Source: Octopus vulgaris
Taxonomy: Eukaryota
NCBI GenBank assembly: GCA_951406725.2
Contig: OX597822.1
Location: forward strand, 49,042,001 to 49,106,000
Direction: 5' to 3'
DNA length: 64,000 nt
Made by a program: the position numbers and the translations under genes. Positions 56,228 to 64,000 of the stretch are shown in pieces (position 1 is the first letter of the stretch; every line of letters starts with the position of its first letter). The notes under the pieces are model-generated. The model worked only from the letters and a program-made list of their open reading frames with translations. It searched no databases and was not told the origin of the DNA.

Positions 56228-57389
56228 ACATGCGAATACTTACATAAACGAACGTATACATATATGTATGCACACAACCAGTTTAAATTGCCCGCCTAAA
56301 ACTCCTCGTGCGATCTGGCCAAAATACCACCGCAGTGAATATAATGACGAAATAAATATATAAATTTATATAAATAAGGATAAGATCGTTATTTAAAATA
56401 TCGATCTTGTCAGGTGGCTAGCACGGGAAAAAAAATCTCAAAGGTAATAATTAATTATCAAAATTATAATTAAGGGTATCTAATTATTAAAATTATAATT
56501 AAAGGTATCTAATTTTTTTGCTAGTTTATTTTGTATGTTTGTCTTCTCTCCTGGTGCTGTATGAACATTTAATGTGGTTTCAGAATCAAGTTTTGGCTTC
56601 TATTTCTAGCGTGGTGGTATCTCTTAGATGCCCTTAACTATAATTTTAATAATTAATTATTAACTTTTGAGGTTTTTATTCCCATGCAAGCCACCTGATA
56701 CAATCGATATTTTAATAAATTTAAAATTTCTGCAGCTAATTTACCGGTTTGAGAACATTATTATTTAAAAATTAAATAATGAGGGTAGAAATTGATATTA
56801 ATCAAGTAAAACCAGTGGCTTAGCATATTTAAAAAATCCGAAGATTAAAAATTAAGAGGAAAGACCACCAAAGTGGACACCTAATATGCTAAATATAGAC
56901 GTCAAATGATCTTACCACGAAGAGTGTGTCTCAAGAAAAATTTCAGCAAAACGCCAGAATGTAAAAATGAGCAAGACAAATGAAAATATACGAAATAAAA
57001 AACGATTACCTACGTACCAATGGTTTCGCTTGTTAATATTTACGAATGTAAAAATCTGCAAGCACATCAGCGTAGTCTGTCGCTTGCAAAACATAGCTTA
57101 CAGAACTAGACACAGAACGCTCACAAGTCTTAATTGATTAATATCAATTTCTACCCTCATTATTTAATTTTTAGATAACCGGTAAATTAGCTGCAGAAAT
57201 TTATTAAATGCAAAGTTATTTCCGACCTCAGCGCGTCAAAATGAAGATATTTGAAAAATACTCCCAAATATAAATTTCAGAACTTTATACATGCTCTCTT
57301 TCGGGTGAGCGTTCTGTGTCTAGTTCTGGAAATTATTTATAGTACTAGATTTCAGATTCACGTTTTCAAAATTACTATTTAAATCAGAT

Positions 57390-57880
57390 TCGTTATTTGA
57401 CTTATTAAACTTTATTTTATTTTTATATCCCGTTTCCTAAGTGCTAAGTTATAATAGTCTTCATTTAGTTTGAAAATATTCACATTGGCTGATAATTTAG
57501 ATATTCTTGTCGAAATGTTCCTTATTAGCGAGTTTGTTACTAATTTGGGATGATTACTTCTAATGTTTGTATATTTTATGTTTTCATTAGGTTTATGAAA
57601 GGGTTTATAAATTCCATTTATGATTTCTAACGTAAAGTCTAAAAAATTAACAGAGTTGTGTTAATCTTTTATCGTTATAGATAGACCTATATTTTCAAAG
57701 AATTCAAAATATTTCTTTCTATATTTTTCTAACATTCTACTAGATGTATTTACAATTGTAAAAAGCGCATCAACCCTATATAAACCTCCTGCTATTTCAG
57801 AGAATTCCTTATTTAGACAATATAAAGGATTCTGGAGAGAATCAGGTACTTAAATGGTATGCACCAAGTTGGTTTGATTT
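57390..57880 (-). pseudogene. Penelope-like RT remnant
   Basis: Minus strand reads GGLYRVDALF, NFLDFTL and KPFHKPNENIKYTNIRSNHP. Confidence 0.65.
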
Positions 57881-58409
57881 AACCTGTAGACACCACCTTT
57901 AGTCGGATCTATATCTCACTGGGTACTGAGGTAACCCAGCGAGATATTTAGGCTGTGTGCACACAGAAAATCCACCGCTACGAGTATTTAACACTAAAAG
58001 AACCGTATTCATCAGATGATCCATATAACTTCATAATCATAGAAGAACAATCCCTGCGCGTAGTGAGAACGCATCTGTTCGCTAGTAAAAGCTGGTCATG
58101 AATGGAAGAAAAACAGAACCATTAAAGGAATGGAAGTGCATTAGGAATTTAGTAAGTGGATGGGGTGAGAAGAGATTTATGGCCACCAACCTAGCTAGCG
58201 ACCAGTCAAGATGTAAGTTGGAGACAATTAGGTGGTTCGTTATCAACGACAAAAGATGAAGTGTCGGAAATGATATACGTATTTTCTCCGTGTTTAACTG
58301 TAGTTCGTTTTAACACCATGGGGTTAGAGAGATGTGAAATCGAGACAAAGGAAATAGAGGCAATTAAGTACAAGTATGAGAGAAGCATACCCTTGTTAAA
58401 TTCCTTACA

Positions 58410-58560
58410 AAACTAGAATTCTTTCGATTATCCGGAAAATAGAACTGTAGCAAGCCTGGCCAAATATATATGGCAGTTAAAAGAAGCAGAGCCTTCTCAT
58501 TTTAAAATTTACTGCTTTGTTCTGGAAATGGCAACCCTAAACGGACACGGCACACAGATG
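58410..58560 (+). pseudogene. Penelope-like GIY-YIG remnant
   Basis: NSFDYPENRTVASLAKYIWQLK. Confidence 0.5.
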
Positions 58561-60398
58561 TTCAATGGGATGCAATTTATGCTTGAGCGTGTGTATGTGT
58601 GTAAGCATGTGTGTCTGTGGATTTTTAAACAAAGCATATATGGGAGTTTTTTGGAGGCTTAGTTAGAGAGAAAAAAAAGAAAGCAAGAAGGAAGATTCTC
58701 TTTTAGAGAGAAAGTGCTTGCCAAAGCACATTGTTGAGTTTTATATAGAGCAACATAATTTGTACAGTGCGATCTTAAACAACTTCAAGCAAAACTTTCA
58801 AATGCGAGGCTGGAAAGCTTTGTTTAAAATATCAGAGCGTAGGTATGCCCACGAGCTTAATCAAATTTGCAATGCAGACCTTCCCGTCACTCTAGCAGTT
58901 ATATTTTGTCATTGTTGATGTTCCTCTTTCATTATATTATTCCATTTCCAAGATCTCTTTCTGGAAAGCAGAAAAGAATACATACATCGTTAATGAAGGA
59001 GTCGCAATGTTATTTATTTATAGTAATTGGATGGAAGCACTCTCGTATTTCCAAGCCACTATTCAGTTTCATGAATTTGTCTACGAGTGTTTAATGTGAA
59101 AGGACTAAGAGATTTTATCAACGCAGTATTCTGCAGCGCAGTATTCTGAAATTCTTTAATTCCTTACTGCAATCTAAATTCCGATCAGATATGGAACTAT
59201 TGCCTTCAGGCATGGTCATAACCTATTCCTACCTAATTCTAATATTGCAGCGAACCGATATAAGCAATACGAGAAATGAGGTAATATAAAAACATGATTG
59301 AAAATATGAAAGAACAACAAATACATTTGTATGTATATGCCAATATAGTTGTATAAGTGCGTTGTGTAGATGAATATGTGAGAACTGTGGATTCTGGAAA
59401 AGTGGTTCATTGTAACGTTACTTATAAAATCCTGTTGAAAGTTCCGACCATTATCGCATAAAGTAATAAATGAATAAAATTAAAAATACGAAAACAGAAA
59501 AAATGTTAACGAAAGCAAAATGATAAAAGAATAAGAAAGAGAAAGTAAGAAAAAAATTGAAAATAAAGATAAGCGCGAAAAAGAAAAAAACCCGACTAAG
59601 TTGAAAAGCAATACATTAGAGACCAAGGAGTAATTTACCAACAACAAAAATGGTAAAAAATAATAAATCAGATCATATTAGAAAGAAGCGTAAACTCTAC
59701 AGAAAGTGTAAAAATGTGCGGTGATTGTTTCTGACGAAAGGACGAAGACTTAGGGAGAACATCAATTACTGTAAATAAGTAACATTGCGACTCCCTCATT
59801 AACGATGTATGTAATCTTTTCTGCTTTTCAGAAAGAGATCTTGGAAATGGAATAATATAATGAAAGAGGAACATCAACAATAACAAAATATAACGACAAA
59901 TGCGCCAAATACAGCAACCACAACAACTACAACAACGTTAACAGTACCGTTATAGCAACAATAGCAAATAGATGGAAAATTAAAAGTAAGGAGAAGAAAA
60001 AAACAAAGGATAAAATGGGGAGAATGAGTGCAATGACTTCATGTCTTCAGTTAGTAAAGTGAAACAATAACAACGGTAACATGATAATAAGAATAAAAAC
60101 AACAATAACAGCAAAAATTATGAATCAGGCATTTTAAATAAAACAAACAAAATTAGATATTTAACAAATGATAATGGGGAACGTAAAACGAATTCATAAT
60201 TTCTGCTACTAAAGCACAACATTAGCAGCAACATTGGGAACAATAACAACAACAACAACAAAAATAACAATAACAGACAAAGACTTCCAAACCAAAGGGA
60301 CGAAAATAAATAAATAAAAATTTGATGAATAAGAAATATATATTCGTGCGAAACAGGTGAAAACCTCTGTCACCAATGTAAATTGCAATGATAAGAAA

Positions 60399-60791
60399 TC
60401 TTTATATATAAAAGTCAAGTTGTGTGTCTGTCTCCTACGATTTAGATTCCTAACTACTCCCACATTTTGCGGTGCAGTTTAACCAAAACCGGGTATCTTA
60501 TAGTCGTGATTCATATCGAGCCCTTCTGGGTATTAGCGCGCGTCTACGATGAGTCTACGATTAAAAAAAAAATTACCATCATTTTTTCCATTTTAATGCA
60601 TTTTTTCGCTATTATATAAGGGAAGTAACTCTCTAAAAATGTCTACGATGAGTCAACGATTTAAAAAAAATTACCATAATTTTTTCCCCATTTTTAATGC
60701 ATTTTTTTTGCTATTTTTTGGCTATAACTCTCTAAAATGTTATATAGTTATTTCCCTTACAAACCCGAGCAACGCCGGGCGATACTGCTAG
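60399..60791 (+). mobile_element. Non-autonomous Helitron
   Basis: Starts TC and ends CTAG, inserted between A and T with no TSD. Subterminal hairpin cccgagcaacgccggg and an internal ~110-bp tandem duplication. Confidence 0.85.
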
Positions 60792-61010
60792 TATAAATAT
60801 AAAAATAAATTAAAAAGGAAGTTGAAAATGGTAAAAGAGGAAGAACAGTGTTCTATATAAGAAGGTAAAGAGGAAGAACACAGTAGTATAAAGGATAACA
60901 TTAAATGAAAATCTTGATTCTTCTGTTCCGGTGACATTCATTGCTCTTCTCTGCTTGTCTCCACAGGTAACAATGACGTCGTCGTCGTTGTCGTCAACAT
61001 TATCATCGTC

Positions 61011-61052
<42 letters not shown>

Positions 61053-62330
61053 TCCTTAACTGGACACGAAATGAACTGACCAAAATAGACAGGAAAACAA
61101 GAAAAATAATGACAGGATCTAGGATGCATCACCCAAAATCTGACATAGAAAGACTATATATACAACGTATAGAAGGTGGTAGAGGCCTTATACAGCTGGA
61201 AAACTACTATAAAATAACCACCATAGGACTGCAAAAATATCTACTTCAGAAGGAAGGAAAACTGATCCAGATAGCGGCAAAACACGAGCAAAACAAAAAA
61301 CTGTTCTCAGTATTTAAGGAAGCTGACAAATACAAACAAGAAATCATACCACCTAATAAACATGAAGAAGAAGAAGAAGAAGATGAAGAAACAACAAAAG
61401 CTATAAAAAAAATGAAATCCAAACTAAAAATAGAACAGCAACGAACCATGATAAAACGATGGCAAGAAAAGCCCCTTCATGGTAAATACTGGACTAAACT
61501 AAACGCAAAAGAAATAGACAAAGAAAAATCCCAGCAATGGTTGAGAAGCTCAGGACTCAAAGCAGAAACAGAGAGATTTTTAATTGCAGCACAAGACCAA
61601 AGCCTCCCCACCAGAAATTACCAAAAACATGTAATGAAAAGAAATATTACAAGTAACTGCAGAATATGTGGAGATGGACAAGAAACAATAAATCATATTA
61701 TCTCTAGCTGCCCAGTCCTGGCTAAGAAGGAATATATTCACAGACATGACAGAGTTGGAACTTACATACATTGGAAGCTATGCCAACATTATGGAATAAC
61801 AACAGAAAAAAGATGGTATAGGCACACACCAGAAAAGGTCACAGAAAACGAGAAAGCAACCATACTCTGGGATATACCGATACACACAGATAGAGAAATT
61901 AAGGCCAACAGACCAGATATAGTTGTCAGAGACCATGAAGAAAAAAAATGCTTTCTAATTGATGTATCAGTACCGGCAGATGACAACGTGTCTCTAAAAG
62001 AAATGGAGAAACTCTCAAAATACAAAGACCTGGAAATAGAGGTAACTAGAATGTGGAATCTGAAAACAGAAACAATTCCTATCATAGTAGGTGCATTAGG
62101 CATGATAAAAAAATATTCAGACAAATACATAACAAAAACACCAGGACTTACAAACACATATAACATACAGAAAATTGCACTACTAGGCACTGCACACATC
62201 CTACGCAGAACACTTTCCATACAATAACCATCAGAGCATCACAACAAATCACAGCACATACCCAAGGCACACAGAGCTGCGCTCGGTAGTGAAGTGAAAG
62301 CACGCTATAAAAATAAAAATAAAACTACTG
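61053..62330 (+). mobile_element. 5'-truncated R4/Dong-like REL non-LTR retrotransposon in (TAA)n
   Basis: (TAA)n at 61012-61052 and 62331-62343. The reading frame is open to 62227. Confidence 0.93.
61109..62227 (+). CDS. C-terminal part of a retrotransposon protein: RT thumb, CCHC finger, PD-(D/E)XK REL endonuclease (5'-truncated)
   Basis: RLYIQRIEGGRGL, CRICGDGQETINHIISSC, RHD, RPDIVV..LIDVSVP..EKLSKY and IVGALG. Confidence 0.85.
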   Translation: MTGSRMHHPKSDIERLYIQRIEGGRGLIQLENYYKITTIGLQKYLLQKEGKLIQIAAKHEQNKKLFSVFKEADKYKQEIIPPNKHEEEEEEDEETTKAIKKMKSKLKIEQQRTMIKRWQEKPLHGKYWTKLNAKEIDKEKSQQWLRSSGLKAETERFLIAAQDQSLPTRNYQKHVMKRNITSNCRICGDGQETINHIISSCPVLAKKEYIHRHDRVGTYIHWKLCQHYGITTEKRWYRHTPEKVTENEKATILWDIPIHTDREIKANRPDIVVRDHEEKKCFLIDVSVPADDNVSLKEMEKLSKYKDLEIEVTRMWNLKTETIPIIVGALGMIKKYSDKYITKTPGLTNTYNIQKIALLGTAHILRRTLSIQ

Positions 62331-63534
62331 AATAATAATAATAGCTGGTGGTTGGATGTGACAGCAGCTGGACGTGTTCTTCTACTAGATGTATTTACAA
62401 TTGTAAAAAGCGAATTGAAGACACAGAAACACTAATATAACCCAGCAAGACAACTGAAAAATAACTCTAAGAGACTGGAATATCTACAGTTTCCAGTGAG
62501 TATTTTGAATTTCCCTCAAAATAAGTTAAGGAACTTACATATTTACAGCTTTCAAACACATAAACGATTAGCTTTAAAACCTTTGATATCTACAACTTCT
62601 GTGAATACCTATACTTTCCTTTCCCTCTGAGTGTTCGAAAATGTAAACATCCTCTTTATTCCAAACACTACAATTTTTCTCTATTTGGACAGATAAAAAA
62701 ATCATCTCCATTAAATTTTATAACCTTAATATCAACAATTTTCTTTGAAAAAATTTACCTTCCTTTTCTTTCCGTTCCTTTTCCCCTGAATATTCGAAAA
62801 TGTAACCATCCTTTTTATTGCAAAAAAAAAAACAAAAACAAAAAACAAACAACAAAACACTACAGTCTTCTCTGAACGGAAATACAAACGAACACCTCAA
62901 AATATTTAGAAACTTTAATATCTCCAATTTTGTGTGAATATTTTATTTTTCCTTCTTCCCTAACTACCCGAATATGTTAACATGCCTTTTATTGTAACAA
63001 CACAAATGCACGATAACAAATTAAGGAAGTAAGAACCTACCAACATATATATATATACTGCACAACTACAAAACCTTTTAAAAAGAAAAGAAAAATTCCA
63101 AAAGAAAAAGAAATTTAGAAATTCAAAAATCCAAGGTGAACACCTCTTCTTCCTACAATTCCCACAGACTGGAATATTTACAATTTTCCTGTGAATATTT
63201 TAAATTTTACTGAAAATAAAATAAATGAAGAAACTTACATATCTACAGCTTTCGAACACACGATCGATCAGCTTAAAAAAACCCCTTTAATATCTACAAC
63301 TACTGTGTGAATATCTATCGCTTCCTTTCTCCCTCAGTATTCGAAAATGCAAAGGTCTTTTTCATTGCAAAAGTCCTGCTGTATTCTCCAACTGGACAGA
63401 AAAAGGAACATCTCAAGAATACTTAAAAACTTTATTATATTACCCAAATACGTAAACACATCTTTTATTGCAACAACATAATTGAATTCAGAAATTCAAA
63501 GATTCAACACCGTGAATATCAGTATATATATATA

Positions 63535-64000
<466 letters not shown>

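Overview
AT-rich, microsatellite-dense eukaryotic DNA with no convincing host exon. The repeat content resembles an octopus/cephalopod genome (inference). The window is mostly transposon-derived: three tRNA-headed SINE families (called A, B and C here), 5'-truncated restriction-like-endonuclease (REL) non-LTR elements in (TAA)n and (CATA)n microsatellites, an RTE element flanked by a 308-bp direct duplication, Penelope-like remnants with at least five hammerhead ribozyme motifs, a decayed mariner, a pogo/Tigger-like MITE and a non-autonomous Helitron. The main observation is three ~1.8-2.0 kb elements (933-2907, 25841-27870, 27889-29671) that encode only a Tx1/L1-type ORF1 (CCHC knuckle, no RT). 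All three sit at essentially the same position between the A and B boxes of the SINE-A tRNA head, with 15-20 bp target-site duplications (TSDs). Two are stacked in one SINE copy, and one shares its 3' tail with SINE-B. This suggests a SINE/tRNA-head-targeting retrotransposon system with several non-autonomous passengers. Coordinates were read by eye, so ends may be off by a few bases.
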